From contig QPGO01000007.1 in the NCBI GenBank assembly GCA_008632985.1, forward strand, positions 62,001-126,000: a stretch of DNA of 64,000 nt, written 5' to 3'. Source of the DNA: Psammoneis japonica. Its lineage: Eukaryota. Positions 22,921 to 34,833 of this stretch are shown piece by piece. Each line of letters begins with the position of its first letter. Within the stretch, counting starts at the first letter, position 1. The notes beneath the pieces are model-generated. The model did not search any database. It worked only from the letters and a program-made list of their open reading frames with translations, and was not told the DNA's origin. A program made the position numbers and the translations under genes.

Positions 22921-25041
22921 ATGACGATAAACGGCAGCGGCAGAAGCATGAGAAAGAAGCGCGGAGGCAGAAACTGGACAAAGATTTTTCTCTTTTTACT
23001 CTTCTTCGAGGTGTCTTGCTTCTTTGTGTTTCTAGTCTACTTTGTCCGTCACGATGAATACAAAAGGACGCATAATCTGGAACATGCTGTTTCTCAAGAT
23101 ACCAATAACAAACTGCGAGCGCTGGAAAAGCTTACTAAACGACAGCTCATCAATAATGGTTCAACCGTCGTTATAACTAACAGGAGAGTGAAACACAAGA
23201 GAGTCAATAATATGGGTGAAACGAGGGTTACACCAAAGCCCACAGCAAAAGAGCTTGTGCCTGAAGTACAAAACAAAGATTCGCAGGGAAATCTAGGTCT
23301 TGATGTTGCTCTTGACTTGAGGCCTGATGCAGACCTGGCCGTCAATGTACACTTGAAGGAGCTCAGTCAAAGTATAACTGGTAAAAAGACGGCTCGATCA
23401 TGTCGCTGGTATCGCCGCAGCAGCACCAAGGACTCATCATCGACTCTGGTGGAACTAGACTATTGTAGCACCGATCCATCCCTGAAAGGATTGGTGTTCT
23501 ACAACCCCATTGATCAAGAAAGACTCTTGTGTGGAAAAACTCTTAAGCCTCTCAATAAGGTACAGCTTGAGACGAAATGCAAAGAGCACTCTCGTCTCTT
23601 TTCTGCAGACCCAACCGTGTCGGGAGAGGGAATGCCCCCCATTCAGATCAATTGGGGAAAACCCAAGACTGTTCCCTACAATTGCTCTGTACCCTGTGAA
23701 GTTCAAGATTCGTATGGTGGTATTCGGAATACGCGTTTTATCAAGGGAACGCCGTGGAAATTTATCTTTTCCATGGAAGGCTCGCATTACTACCCGGAGC
23801 TTGAAATTCAACGCGAGGCTTACAAGGAGGACCAGTATTTTGCAACAACCTCGTTTCAAAGTGAAGTGCCGCTGCCCTACTTTTCGTGGGATGAATATCA
23901 GATACAGCATCCAGCCATTGATTTTGACAAGGCCATCAAGGGAGCTTCGTTCATTGCACGGAATTGTAATTCCAAAAACGACCGAGAGGGACTTGTCACA
24001 GAGTTGCAAAAGCACTTTAGGGTGGATTCCCTGTCGTCGTGTTTGCACAATGCCGAGCCCCCGAATGGGCTTGATCTTTCCGACAAGGTAAAGCTACAGC
24101 AGCAATACTTATTCCATTTGGCGTTTGAGAACGGCGCTGTTGATGATTATATTACGGAAAAGCTGTGGGGTTCGTATTATTCAGGAACGCTGCCGATCTA
24201 CTTTGGAGCACCCAATGTTAAGGAGCACGCTCCTCCCAATTCCATCATTGTTGTTCAAGACTTTAACACCACAAAGGATTTGGCAGACTATCTCAAAAAG
24301 GTCGCTTCCAACAAAACCTTGTACGAATCGTACCACGCATGGCGCAACAAGGATCTGCCAGAGTCCTTTCATCGAAAGCTTGATTTCACGCACATTCATT
24401 CCAACTGTCGTATGTGCCGATGGGCGTTTGCAAAAAAGTATGGATTTGAGTGGAATCATGCAAAGCAAGACGTTGCCGACACGGCCATTCCAAGAAATGC
24501 AACGCTCAAGGATGGACTCGTCAGTGGCACCTTTCGTGAAGGCTGGATCGACACTAGTGGTGGAAACCGAGCTCAACTAAATATTCTTCCCGAAGTTACC
24601 GAGCCCATTTCACCAGAAGGGAGTGTTGCAAGTATTGGCTCCACCGGGTTGGTCCGAACGGTGTATAATCATGACGGAGTGACCGACCTTGTCATTTCTC
24701 AGACTATTCCGGACAAGGATATCGCTCATGTTCGACTTGAGTTGGACACTGGAATGAAGAATGCTAAATTATCGGGAGAAGGTCAAAGCTTTCGTTTTCA
24801 AGACAATCTCTCACGTTTCACTTTGGTGACTGGTTGGAACTCCACTGTTACGACCTCACAGCCAGGGATTCTGCAGGTGTCGTTTGGAGAATCGTTACCT
24901 GAATTTAGCAACATGAGATTACGCGTCATCGTTGAGAGTCTCGACAAGTTCCATGACGATGGTGAGAATCAAGAGTATTACTTTGGAACGCTCATGAAAG
25001 AAGACTTTCTGAAACCGATTGAGAAGTTTTACATTTCATAA
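22921..25041 (+). CDS. Alpha-1,3-fucosyltransferase-like (GT10) type II membrane protein
   Basis: N-terminal TM segment; YLFHLAFEN...DYITEK...GTLPIY.G motif. Confidence 0.9.
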   Translation: MTINGSGRSMRKKRGGRNWTKIFLFLLFFEVSCFFVFLVYFVRHDEYKRTHNLEHAVSQDTNNKLRALEKLTKRQLINNGSTVVITNRRVKHKRVNNMGETRVTPKPTAKELVPEVQNKDSQGNLGLDVALDLRPDADLAVNVHLKELSQSITGKKTARSCRWYRRSSTKDSSSTLVELDYCSTDPSLKGLVFYNPIDQERLLCGKTLKPLNKVQLETKCKEHSRLFSADPTVSGEGMPPIQINWGKPKTVPYNCSVPCEVQDSYGGIRNTRFIKGTPWKFIFSMEGSHYYPELEIQREAYKEDQYFATTSFQSEVPLPYFSWDEYQIQHPAIDFDKAIKGASFIARNCNSKNDREGLVTELQKHFRVDSLSSCLHNAEPPNGLDLSDKVKLQQQYLFHLAFENGAVDDYITEKLWGSYYSGTLPIYFGAPNVKEHAPPNSIIVVQDFNTTKDLADYLKKVASNKTLYESYHAWRNKDLPESFHRKLDFTHIHSNCRMCRWAFAKKYGFEWNHAKQDVADTAIPRNATLKDGLVSGTFREGWIDTSGGNRAQLNILPEVTEPISPEGSVASIGSTGLVRTVYNHDGVTDLVISQTIPDKDIAHVRLELDTGMKNAKLSGEGQSFRFQDNLSRFTLVTGWNSTVTTSQPGILQVSFGESLPEFSNMRLRVIVESLDKFHDDGENQEYYFGTLMKEDFLKPIEKFYIS

Positions 25042-25097
25042 GAATGATTCTACTCTAGAGCAAGTGCTATTTGGTTCGGACCACAAGACGATTTGGA

Positions 25098-26369
25098 TCA
25101 GCTCCAGAACCGTTCGTACTGGAATGCGCCCGCGACATTGCTAAAGGCCTTTGGATCCACAGCCATTCTCAAAGGTGGGTCGTCCACACCGCCTGAGAGT
25201 CTGATCCTCGAGAAACTCTTTTGGTTGTAAAAGACCGGTTCATGCAACCACTTGTGAACATCGCCGTTCATGTACAGGATAGGGATAGTGTTCTTCAGGT
25301 TGTCTCGAATAAAGACCTTGAGTGGGTTGAAGAATTTTGAATGAATGACGCCGGGGTTAGCGTGGGCAAAGACGACAACTCCATGAACCGCTTTTTGTCC
25401 ACCTGTCGTGTGCTCCTGGATTCGACCAATCGTCCAGTTAACCGAGAAGTTCAACCGTTCGTCCCACTCGGTCTTATTATGAACTGGGCCACCTACTATA
25501 TTCAGTCCGATGAAAAGGGTGGACTTTGACACGAAATAGAAGCTATCCGTACGATCGTGTGGTCGTACAACGTTGAGACTGTGATTCCACTTCTGGTCAA
25601 AGTTACCAAACATTTGCCTCCAATCATTGAGAGCTGAATTCGGATCTTTGCAGTCATTGAATTCATTGTCTCCCACCACAAGGAATACAGGAACGTGCGA
25701 TTTTTGCAAAATATCTGAAACCAGCTGAAGACGAGAAACGGTGCAAGACCTTCCACCGTGTTTCACATCTCCCAAATGAATTAGGAATTCAGCGTCAAGT
25801 GGAATTGACGACACTTGTTTCCTTAGTCCCACAGCCTCCTTGTAGTTGTAAGGGGCATCAGCAACCACATAAAAGATTGTTCTCGACAAGGATGAAGCTA
25901 TCAATGGCGAATGCGGCAGACGTTCTGAAGGCGCGAGCGAAGAAGGCAATATTGGATTTGATGAAGGCTCCTTCGAGGGAGAAGGCGTTGAAGACTTCGT
26001 AGGCTGTGATGAAGGTTGGAAGGATGGTGCTGTCGAAGGCTTCGTAGATGGAAATTCAGACAGATCCGATGGTTGTGCTGACGGCAATACTGAAGCTGTC
26101 GGCGTATTAGAAGGGCGTGAGGAGGTTATATCTTGCTGCTTCGACGGCGCAATCGTTGGAGGAAAGCTTGGCAGGGTTGACAGAATACCTAGCTCCTCAT
26201 TTCCTCCATTTTTCTTGCTGACTAAACGTTCGTTTTCCCGACCTTTGCTGACAAGCACGCCCACAAGCGAGAGAAGAGCTACGAGGGCGACCACAACGAC
26301 GGAAATCGTAACAAGCTTCTGCCTTCGTGAAAGCTTTTTACGAGTCAAACATAATTCCGAGCAGCTCAT
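25098..26369 (-). CDS. Type II membrane calcineurin-like metallophosphoesterase with a Pro/Ser-rich stalk
   Basis: TM segment, PSxxPS repeats, ADAPY / HLGD / GDNE / AH / GDVH motifs. Confidence 0.75.
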   Translation of the reverse strand: MSCSELCLTRKKLSRRQKLVTISVVVVALVALLSLVGVLVSKGRENERLVSKKNGGNEELGILSTLPSFPPTIAPSKQQDITSSRPSNTPTASVLPSAQPSDLSEFPSTKPSTAPSFQPSSQPTKSSTPSPSKEPSSNPILPSSLAPSERLPHSPLIASSLSRTIFYVVADAPYNYKEAVGLRKQVSSIPLDAEFLIHLGDVKHGGRSCTVSRLQLVSDILQKSHVPVFLVVGDNEFNDCKDPNSALNDWRQMFGNFDQKWNHSLNVVRPHDRTDSFYFVSKSTLFIGLNIVGGPVHNKTEWDERLNFSVNWTIGRIQEHTTGGQKAVHGVVVFAHANPGVIHSKFFNPLKVFIRDNLKNTIPILYMNGDVHKWLHEPVFYNQKSFSRIRLSGGVDDPPLRMAVDPKAFSNVAGAFQYERFWS

Positions 26370-26758
26370 TGTTTCTTGACTTGATGCTCAACATTGTGGT
26401 GTTCTTCACAAAGAGTCCACAGAGAGGAGTATAAGTTGGGGGTTATGGGATCGAAAAAGTGAGGAGGACTATTGAATCTTCACTCGTGCAAGACTGCAAT
26501 GCGTGTCTCAAATTTTGCTCAAACTTTGAAAACGCAGATAATCTTCCTGCGTGACTGAATAATACGATATCTACATCACATCCATCATCCCATTTCACTC
26601 GGAAAGACTACCCTATTAGAGATCCTAAAAGGACTAAACCCTGCAATATTTACAATACTTTCTCGGAGTTGTACAATTCGTGCATTGTCTTGTGATACTT
26701 GGTGTCACTGTTATCTATCTGTTTATAATTTTAGTACCATGAATATTTTTCTTGGCCG

Positions 26759-28966
26759 TCACACCAACACTGACGTAATAGCATACGCAGTGTACAGCAG
26801 AATAGCTGCGTAACCAAACTCCTTTTTCAGGCGACCACCCCAGCATAGGCCAAGAACGATGACCATAACACAGTTCACTAATGAGAATATGAATCCGGTC
26901 TCGAGCGACGCAGGAAGCTCTACTGGGATATCACTCATCCCAGTCATGCCCTGGAGTGCACTGAACCCAAGCCCTAGACCAATGAGGAAATTAAATACTG
27001 GTCCAGCAAAGCAGGCTGTGACGGCCATATTGGCAAGTCCTTTTCTTGCGACGGCCACATTGGCGGACAGATCCCCAATCGAATTTCCGACAGCAAGGAC
27101 GCTCAGACCCATGACTGGGCCAGGTATACGAAAGACTATTCCAAGCACACTCAACACATCCACCAGCTTATCCGCAATCATGTCGATCCAAGTCGCAGCG
27201 ACGACAAACCCGTAAATCGCCAACGGGGTCTGGGAAAGGACAACGAACGCGACGGCAAAGCAGCGTGAGAAGACAATGTAGGAATCTTACAAGTTGGTGG
27301 TCAGTTTGTATCACAAAGACTCACCGAGGCCCAGAGCGACATTGGACCTTTCCCGCTTGGCGCGAATCGGAGTGTAATTACCCCAATCAAAATAGGTACG
27401 AAAACAATGAAAAACGCAGCGACAGGTCCCCATAAAGTGAAGAGATCGATGTCGTTCTCAACCGCAAAGTAATATCTAAGCCAGAACGGAGAGAGAGCAG
27501 TCGAAAAAGCTACCAAAGACCGAGAGTAGTATTCATCAGTAGGGATGGGAACGGTAAACTGGAAGGTAATTATTCGGAATCACAATTTGTCAGTGATGTT
27601 GAAAAAGAATAGAACATCCCCACATGCAACTTACCTGCCGCAAGATAGTAATGGGCAGCTCTAAAGTCAAGAGTATCTTGACCACAATATTGCGTTCTTC
27701 ATTGTAGAATATGTCTCTCCACTCTTCTACAAAATGGTCTTTTATCTCATCCTTTGTTTCGACCAATACAGTCTTCCAGTCACCTGAATATTCAATAACA
27801 ATCTCTTCATCGAGACTTGGAACCTTCGGCAATGTTTTCGTCACATAGCGAGCTACAGAAGAGTCGTGACTATGAGCTCTATGGTACGGGACATTTCGAA
27901 CACCGCCATGCTGCAGATGCACCACAACAAGCTGCTCGTTCCCCTCTTCGTCACGCAAAGACCAGCCTGAGCCATTTGTTGGTTCGCCTCCATCGTAGTT
28001 GCTTACAGCCTCAATGACATGTTCCATCCTACTTTCACTGTTAGCTCGAGTCGGTCGATTTTTATTGATCAACAGCGAAGTTTCAATGGCAACTTCAGGT
28101 TCCTCTCCTTGTTTTTGTTGCATTCTCTCTTCTTCCAGCTGTCTCGGCACTACAACGCGTCTATGATATAAATCCGACGCAAGAACAATCATAACGTATC
28201 CAAAATACATCCACAGAAACAGAGCAATCTCGCTGTTGCCGATAACACCGCCCACGCTGAACTTGTAGTACACAACCGCGATTGTGATGAAAAACACAAC
28301 CACATCCCTCATGAGCGCTGCCGGACATGACAGACCACCGGCTACAACCGCCACAACACCGGTAATTACTGTTCCAATAAACATTCCTGATCCCGTTAAC
28401 TCGCCAAGAGCCATTAAATATCCGACCTTTCGATCATTTCGTATCGCATTCACAGTCGACGCAATGTCGGGCGCCCCGTTTCCCAAGGCAAGCAACGTCA
28501 CTCCTGCAAACCGCGAAGGCAACCCGAGTTCCAAACTAATCAGCTCCAACGCCGGACAAAAGAAGTCTTCTGCGGTCGATGCTACCATTCGAAAGAGGAC
28601 AATAAGAACCAAAATCAAAAGCGGGCACAGCATAATCGTCAACTGGAGCGTTGAGTACTTTTGCGAACAATAAATTACGGGTGTTAAGATTCCCTCGCCT
28701 TCGTTGCATGTTGAAGCGTATCGACATTGCTTGGCACGATCGTGATGATCAGCATACGTGTACAGATGATCACAGCTGTATGCGTAATAGTCATGGCCTG
28801 CCTCAGAGCTGTTGTGGTGGCGAAGATCGCGCTTCTCAATGTCCCCGTCCGCTAAAGATACTTCCGATACAGATGATTCAGAGGAGTCAACGTTCACAGC
28901 TCGAGAGTCACATGACAAACAAGACAGTATAAACACAGTAACTAGTGCGGTAAAAGAGACTTTCAT
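26759..28966 (-). CDS. Cation/Ca2+ exchanger (CCX/NCLX family), 3 exons (28966-27635, 27558-27325, 27229-26759)
   Basis: Alpha-1 repeat AGVTLLALGNGAPD and alpha-2 repeat GLSVLAVGNSIGD...ACFAGPVFN; in-frame GT-AG introns. Confidence 0.93.
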
Positions 28967-30224
28967 GGTGTGAATGGACTATGAAACGTCTTTGACAGTC
29001 GGCTTCCCTTGGCCATTGGTCTCTCGTTTCGCGTTCGTTTTGTGTCTTCAAGTTTTGCCGATTGATTTTGGCGAACACGATGACGTCTGTTCGTAGGATC
29101 CTCGTAGAATAGACACAGATATTATCGTACATTTATGGATAAGTATAAAAAAGTAGTGGGTGCGTGGCGTGGAGCGCGCACTCGGAGTGTCACCTCATCT
29201 GTCTGTCGGTCATTCCTCCGAAAAGGTGGTAGGTACCATAGGAGTACGTTTTATTTTGGGACCACCTGCCTCGCTCTGGTCCGCTCTAGTAGCTAGTTAG
29301 TGGCGCCGTACTCAGCCTCAAGATTGCTTGTTCTTCTCCAGCCAAAACGTTTTTCTGATTGAAGACTCGATGACCCTCCTCATCGATGGCTTCAAAAACG
29401 GTCGAGTCAATCCGCTCACAGTGTTCGCGGATTTGCTGATTGAATGATGTTGGCTTTTGTCAGTTTTTGATTGAGCCTCTCTTTAAAGAGGGCACCCCAG
29501 AAAAGCAAACCAGTGGAAACTAGTGATAAAATGCGCCACCCTGGCCATGACGAGTTCTCCTGGACAAAGGAAAGTAACGAAGCAACCATGGTCCACAAGA
29601 CATGCTTGTCAAGTCCCACGTGAGCCGCGAGAAAGCAGCAGAATTTCCAACTGCAATGGCCGCAAAAAATAAGCCCCGATCCTTTAAATCATGACTAATT
29701 ACAATCATACCAACAATCAGAACCATTGAACACAACGCCAGCCCGGTGCTCTGTCCTGTGATTCCCTTTCGCCTCAGTGTCATCCCAAAAGCACTCAATT
29801 GAACAACTGCGAGTGCAGCAAGCTGAACACTCATATGGTTGGATAATAAAAGACAATTTGTATTGGCATGAAACTGTGTCGAAGACATGAGATAAAGCAG
29901 TTGCGGTGGTCCTTTCAGATCTCGTATTGTCCGGCTTGATTCACCTCTTCTTTTAAAGTGCGCTGTCACAGTGTCAGCGGCAAGCATTGTTGCAAGGACC
30001 ACAGTATATGCTGGCAAAGGTGACCATAACAAGAAAGAAATAGATTTTGCTTTATTGCCTTGAGGCACAATGGGGTGGCGTTTTCGAAGCCACGCCAAGA
30101 GCAGAAGCAGGTGGCATCTCCCACAAAAGACAAGCGCGTGAAATCGATGCTCATTCCATGTTCGACTTCCGTCGGGGTGCCTTTTCTTTGGAAGCTGAAA
30201 GAACAATCCGGTGAGTTGTAGTAG

Positions 30225-30515
30225 TGCCGAATGTCACGGTCATCTATATTCATTCGTGTGTTCATTCGTGGGTGTCAACCTGGTGTCAAAAGTGTCAAAA
30301 GGATGTCAACGATGACACTTTCTAGAAACCTCTTCTCCTTTCTCGATGCATCTCGATGCCTCTCGAAAGATTGTTTCTTTACATTTCTACGCGGTTTCTT
30401 AGCATTAATTCTACGAGATTTCGGAGTAGCCGAATCTCTTTCATTTCTTCTCACAATGTTGGCAACAGTCAACTTTACAACGCTACTTTATACTATTACT
30501 TGGCGCCACTTGGCA
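30225..30515 (+). repeat. Gypsy 5' LTR
   Basis: Direct repeat of 34834-35124 with 8 substitutions. Confidence 0.95.
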
Positions 30516-30588
30516 TAGTAAATTTACTCCCAAACACTTGTTCATCTCTCTTGAGACACATCTACCGATCATGTTGTCCTGACCAGAC

Positions 30589-33500
30589 ATGTCAGCAGAA
30601 AACTGCCCATTCGAACTTAAGCGTCCTGACCGCTCTGAGGAAGAGCGGCGCAAAGACCAATTCGTGTCTTTTGAAAGCCCCATTGATCCTGACGATCCAG
30701 ATGGGCTTAAAATTACGATCGAGGTGCGTAAGTTAGCTTCAACTGAACCGGAAGATGTTCTTACCTTCTGGTCAAACTTCGATGAACTTATCAACGATCT
30801 CGGTACGGCTGAAGGACAGCCACGTTTCCGGCTCGTGACCAGACTTATGACCGGAACACCAAAAGACGACTGGGAAATCGTCGTAGACGATTACGAAAAC
30901 CGCGACCAAGTTACATTCGACACTTGTCGTGAAGAATTTCTACTCCAATACATGGATAGAGAAATTGCCCTTGACACTAAGGAATGGCTTCAAAGCCTTA
31001 AGAAACCCAGGAACCAAACTGTCAAGTCATTTGTTAATGACATCCGTCGCTTTAATAAGTTGATTAATGTCATGCCTACGCCAACCGAACATGACGCCGA
31101 AAGAGTTCCGTCATTCACGGAAGCGGAATTATCCGTAATCCTTCGAAAATGTGGACCAAGATCATGGGCCGAAACTCAGACTAAAGCCCGTCTTCGCAAC
31201 TTAAACTTGAACGACCAAGCTCAACACTACGAGACTCTCCGACGTGTGGAACGACGTGGTGGCAAAGGGTCTACCGACAACAACAGACGCAACAACAATG
31301 GGAATCAACGCAACAACGGTCGACACACGCGTCACGGCCAGAATAACGACCAAAATCGCGATGCCAGGAACAGGAATCAAAACAATCGTGAACAAACATG
31401 TCCAATCCATGGCGTTGTACATCCGAACGGTCAAGAGTGCAATGTCATCCGTCGTGAACGTGAAAATTATGAGCGGAACCGCGCAAATCGGAATGCGCCG
31501 AATCAACAAAATAACTCTCGAAACGAGCCGACACACCGCTATCCTACACGGAGCCGCACACGGAACGTCGAAAACAACAATGTGGACTCCAAAGCTAGTC
31601 GCTCCGCTTCTAACGATGTCGATAGCGTCGCGTCAGATGATGTCAACGATATTTTTGAAGACGTCACGTCTCTTCTAGACGATTCCATCGAATCCGAAGT
31701 AGAAGACAATCTTACCACGGAAGCGCGTGTCCAGATGATTGACACTCATTCTGGAATGCACAAGTTCCGTGTTGCTCTACTCGACACCGGCGCAAATCGC
31801 AATTTTGTGAAGCGCTCAGCCCTTCGCGGGATTCCTCACAAAATCCGTAAATGTAACGTTCCCGTTAAAGGCCGTTACAGTGCCGTTAATCTACACGAGA
31901 TTGCGACGCTGACATTGAAGTTCCCAGACTTCGCATCGTCCAAGAAGGTTTCCGTCGATGCTTGTGTGGAAGACAAAGCCGCAGGAAAACACGATGTTGT
32001 CATCGGAAGAAAAACCGCCACAGAAATGGGACTCGTTTTTGATTTTCGACATCAAACAATCACGTGGGGCGATGTTGCCCTATCCATGCGATCCAAGGGC
32101 TCTTTCGACCAAGTCGAAGTTAATGCAATTCATCCCGGCGATGCTGAATTACCCAAGTTCTTCCAGAATGCCGTCAACCGTCAGGTTCGAGGTATGACGA
32201 GCAATGCGTACGACAAGCACAATTATCGCGACATGGTTCTACGCTGCAAACACCTTGATGACGATCAACAGCACCAACTCATCGAACTCTTCGGACGATA
32301 CCCGCAATTATTCGATGGCACACTTGGAGCTGTACCCGGTAAACCTGTCCATTTGACCCTGAAACCAGGATCGCGTCCATGCTGTGCGAAAGCTTACACC
32401 ATTCCGCAAGCGTTATATCCCATGGCTCGCAAAGAAGTGGATGAATTGGAAAAAATCGATGTTATTACGCGCAAACTTCACTCTCCTTGGGGCGCACCCT
32501 GTCTTTTCCGATCAAAGAAAAGCGGTGGTATCCGTTTCTTATCCGATTTACGGAAACTCAACGAGTGTCTCGAACGGCATCCATGTCCACCACCTATTAT
32601 CGACGACGTCGTATGGAAAATGAACGGCTTTACCTGTGCGACATGTTTGGACCTCAACCGAGGCTACTGTCACTTCGTGCTTGACGACGAGTCAAAAAAA
32701 CTCTGCGGTGTCATCCTGCCGTGGGGCAAGTATTGCCACAACCGCCTACCGCAAGGAATCAAACCGGCAAGCGATATTTTTCAAGCTTGCATGACAGATG
32801 TTTTTCATGATGTGGAAGACATCATGGTCTACATCGACAATGTCATCCTCTTTACCAAGAACAACTTCAACCATCACTGTCAACGACTCGAACTCGTCTT
32901 GCAACGGCTCCTCGCGAACAATCTTCACGCACATGTCGAAGAATCCTATCTCGCCGCCAAGACCGTCGACTACTTAGGCTGTGCCATGACTGCAAAAGGC
33001 ATTCAGCCTCAGAAAAAGAAAATCCTACCCTTGCTTCGCTTCGCTCGCCCTCAAAACCGTCGACAATTACGTGGTTTCATCGGGTTCGTGAATTATTACA
33101 AGAAATTGTGGCACCGACGCAGCCACACTCTTACGCCCTTAACTGCGCTGTCATCAGACAAAGTCAAATTCAAGTGGACTGACGTCCACACGGAAGCTTT
33201 CAATCAGATGAAAAAAATTGTGGCGCGCGAAATCCTCCTCCGATTCCCCGACTTCTCTCAACCTTTCAACATCTATCCGGATGCGAGTGATTGTCAACTT
33301 GGTGCAGTAATTACTCAAGATTTTGACGATGGCGAATGGCCAATTGCATTCCACAGCCGAAAATTGTCTCAAGCGCAACGAAACTACACGACAATGAAAA
33401 AAGAGCTGCTGTCGCTCGTGGAAACGACCGAAAATTTCAAAAGCATCCTTTTTGGTCATCGATGCTACCTATTTGCCGATCACAAAAATCTTACATTTGA

Positions 33501-34812
33501 CAAATTCAAGTCAGAACGCGTCAAACGCTGGTGTTTGCTTCTCGAGGAATGCGATTGCTCTTTCGAGTGCCCACCAGGCCACAAGAATGTCGTGGCTGAT
33601 TTTTTGAGTCGCTGTCCCATTGTCCAAGTCGATCAAAGCGATTACGAGGAAATGACTTCGTTGGAAATCGATCCTTCAATATTCCCCGTTACTTTCGACA
33701 TCATCGCCGACCATCAGAAAAAAGATTCTGCTCTTCAGCAACGACTCGACAAGTCCGAATCCCACTCAGCCGAACTGTTCAACGGAAAACAGATTATCCT
33801 TTACAAGAACAAGATTGTCCTCCCTCCAACGCTTTTTCCTGCAGTTCTACGGTGGTGCCATGAAACTCTCTGCCATCCTGGTGCTGATCGCACCTGCCAA
33901 ACTTTGGCTTCACATTTTTACATTCGCGACACACAGATGAAAGTCCGTACTTTTGTCCGTAAGTGCCGCACGTGTTCCAAATCCAAGTGCACTACGGCAA
34001 ACTATGGCGAATTACCTCTTCCAGATACTACTTATAAACCTTGGCAGGCAACTCAAGTCGATCTTTTCGGTCCCTGGACGTATGCCGACAAAAATGGTGT
34101 CGATCGCAAAATCAGAGCCGTTTCAATTATTGATGTCGCAACCCGTTGGGTCGAACTCGCGAACTATAAGTTCAAAACGTCCGAAGACATTTCACTTATC
34201 GTCGATCGCGAGTGGTTTTGTCGCTATCCGCGACCAGAAATTGTCATTTATGACAACGGTTCCGAATTCACTTCCGAGTTTACAGATCTCCTCTACAGTT
34301 ATGGTGTTAAACCGAAACCTACAACAATCAAGAATCCTCAAGCCAACGCGTTCGTTGAACGTATTCATCAAGTGATAGCCGATTCTCTCCGTGCGATGGA
34401 TCTCCCTTCTCACGATCATGATGAAGACACAATTCATGGAATTTTGCAATCCGTTGCATGGGCCTTGCGCAGTACCTACCATACTGCCCTTATGTCGTCT
34501 CCCGGACAAATTGTCTTCGGTCGAGACATGGTCATTTCTGCTACTTATCTTGCGAACTGGAAAATGATTAATACCCGTCGCAAGCGCGATGTCCTACGCA
34601 ATAATCTCCGCGAAAACGCAAAACGTCTTACTTACGACTACAACATCGGCGATCAAGTCTTCGTTATGACCAAAGACATCCAACGCAAACTCAACACCAA
34701 AGATGGTCCTTTCCGTATCGTACGTGTCCATACCAATGGAACCGTTACCATCCAGCGCTCGCCTCACGTCACTGAACGTATCAATATCCGCCGTCTTCAC
34801 CCTGTCTTCTAA
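30589..34812 (+). CDS. Gypsy gag-pol polyprotein (open, but with Tyr->Cys/His changes in RT and RNase H)
   Basis: LLDTGA protease, RT (DLRKLN, RLPQG, YIDN), RNase H (DASD, DHKNL, ADFLSR), integrase HHCC plus DNGSEF...ER and a GPF module. Confidence 0.93.
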   Translation: MSAENCPFELKRPDRSEEERRKDQFVSFESPIDPDDPDGLKITIEVRKLASTEPEDVLTFWSNFDELINDLGTAEGQPRFRLVTRLMTGTPKDDWEIVVDDYENRDQVTFDTCREEFLLQYMDREIALDTKEWLQSLKKPRNQTVKSFVNDIRRFNKLINVMPTPTEHDAERVPSFTEAELSVILRKCGPRSWAETQTKARLRNLNLNDQAQHYETLRRVERRGGKGSTDNNRRNNNGNQRNNGRHTRHGQNNDQNRDARNRNQNNREQTCPIHGVVHPNGQECNVIRRERENYERNRANRNAPNQQNNSRNEPTHRYPTRSRTRNVENNNVDSKASRSASNDVDSVASDDVNDIFEDVTSLLDDSIESEVEDNLTTEARVQMIDTHSGMHKFRVALLDTGANRNFVKRSALRGIPHKIRKCNVPVKGRYSAVNLHEIATLTLKFPDFASSKKVSVDACVEDKAAGKHDVVIGRKTATEMGLVFDFRHQTITWGDVALSMRSKGSFDQVEVNAIHPGDAELPKFFQNAVNRQVRGMTSNAYDKHNYRDMVLRCKHLDDDQQHQLIELFGRYPQLFDGTLGAVPGKPVHLTLKPGSRPCCAKAYTIPQALYPMARKEVDELEKIDVITRKLHSPWGAPCLFRSKKSGGIRFLSDLRKLNECLERHPCPPPIIDDVVWKMNGFTCATCLDLNRGYCHFVLDDESKKLCGVILPWGKYCHNRLPQGIKPASDIFQACMTDVFHDVEDIMVYIDNVILFTKNNFNHHCQRLELVLQRLLANNLHAHVEESYLAAKTVDYLGCAMTAKGIQPQKKKILPLLRFARPQNRRQLRGFIGFVNYYKKLWHRRSHTLTPLTALSSDKVKFKWTDVHTEAFNQMKKIVAREILLRFPDFSQPFNIYPDASDCQLGAVITQDFDDGEWPIAFHSRKLSQAQRNYTTMKKELLSLVETTENFKSILFGHRCYLFADHKNLTFDKFKSERVKRWCLLLEECDCSFECPPGHKNVVADFLSRCPIVQVDQSDYEEMTSLEIDPSIFPVTFDIIADHQKKDSALQQRLDKSESHSAELFNGKQIILYKNKIVLPPTLFPAVLRWCHETLCHPGADRTCQTLASHFYIRDTQMKVRTFVRKCRTCSKSKCTTANYGELPLPDTTYKPWQATQVDLFGPWTYADKNGVDRKIRAVSIIDVATRWVELANYKFKTSEDISLIVDREWFCRYPRPEIVIYDNGSEFTSEFTDLLYSYGVKPKPTTIKNPQANAFVERIHQVIADSLRAMDLPSHDHDEDTIHGILQSVAWALRSTYHTALMSSPGQIVFGRDMVISATYLANWKMINTRRKRDVLRNNLRENAKRLTYDYNIGDQVFVMTKDIQRKLNTKDGPFRIVRVHTNGTVTIQRSPHVTERINIRRLHPVF

Positions 34813-34833
34813 CGTCTCAATTGGGGAAGCGAG

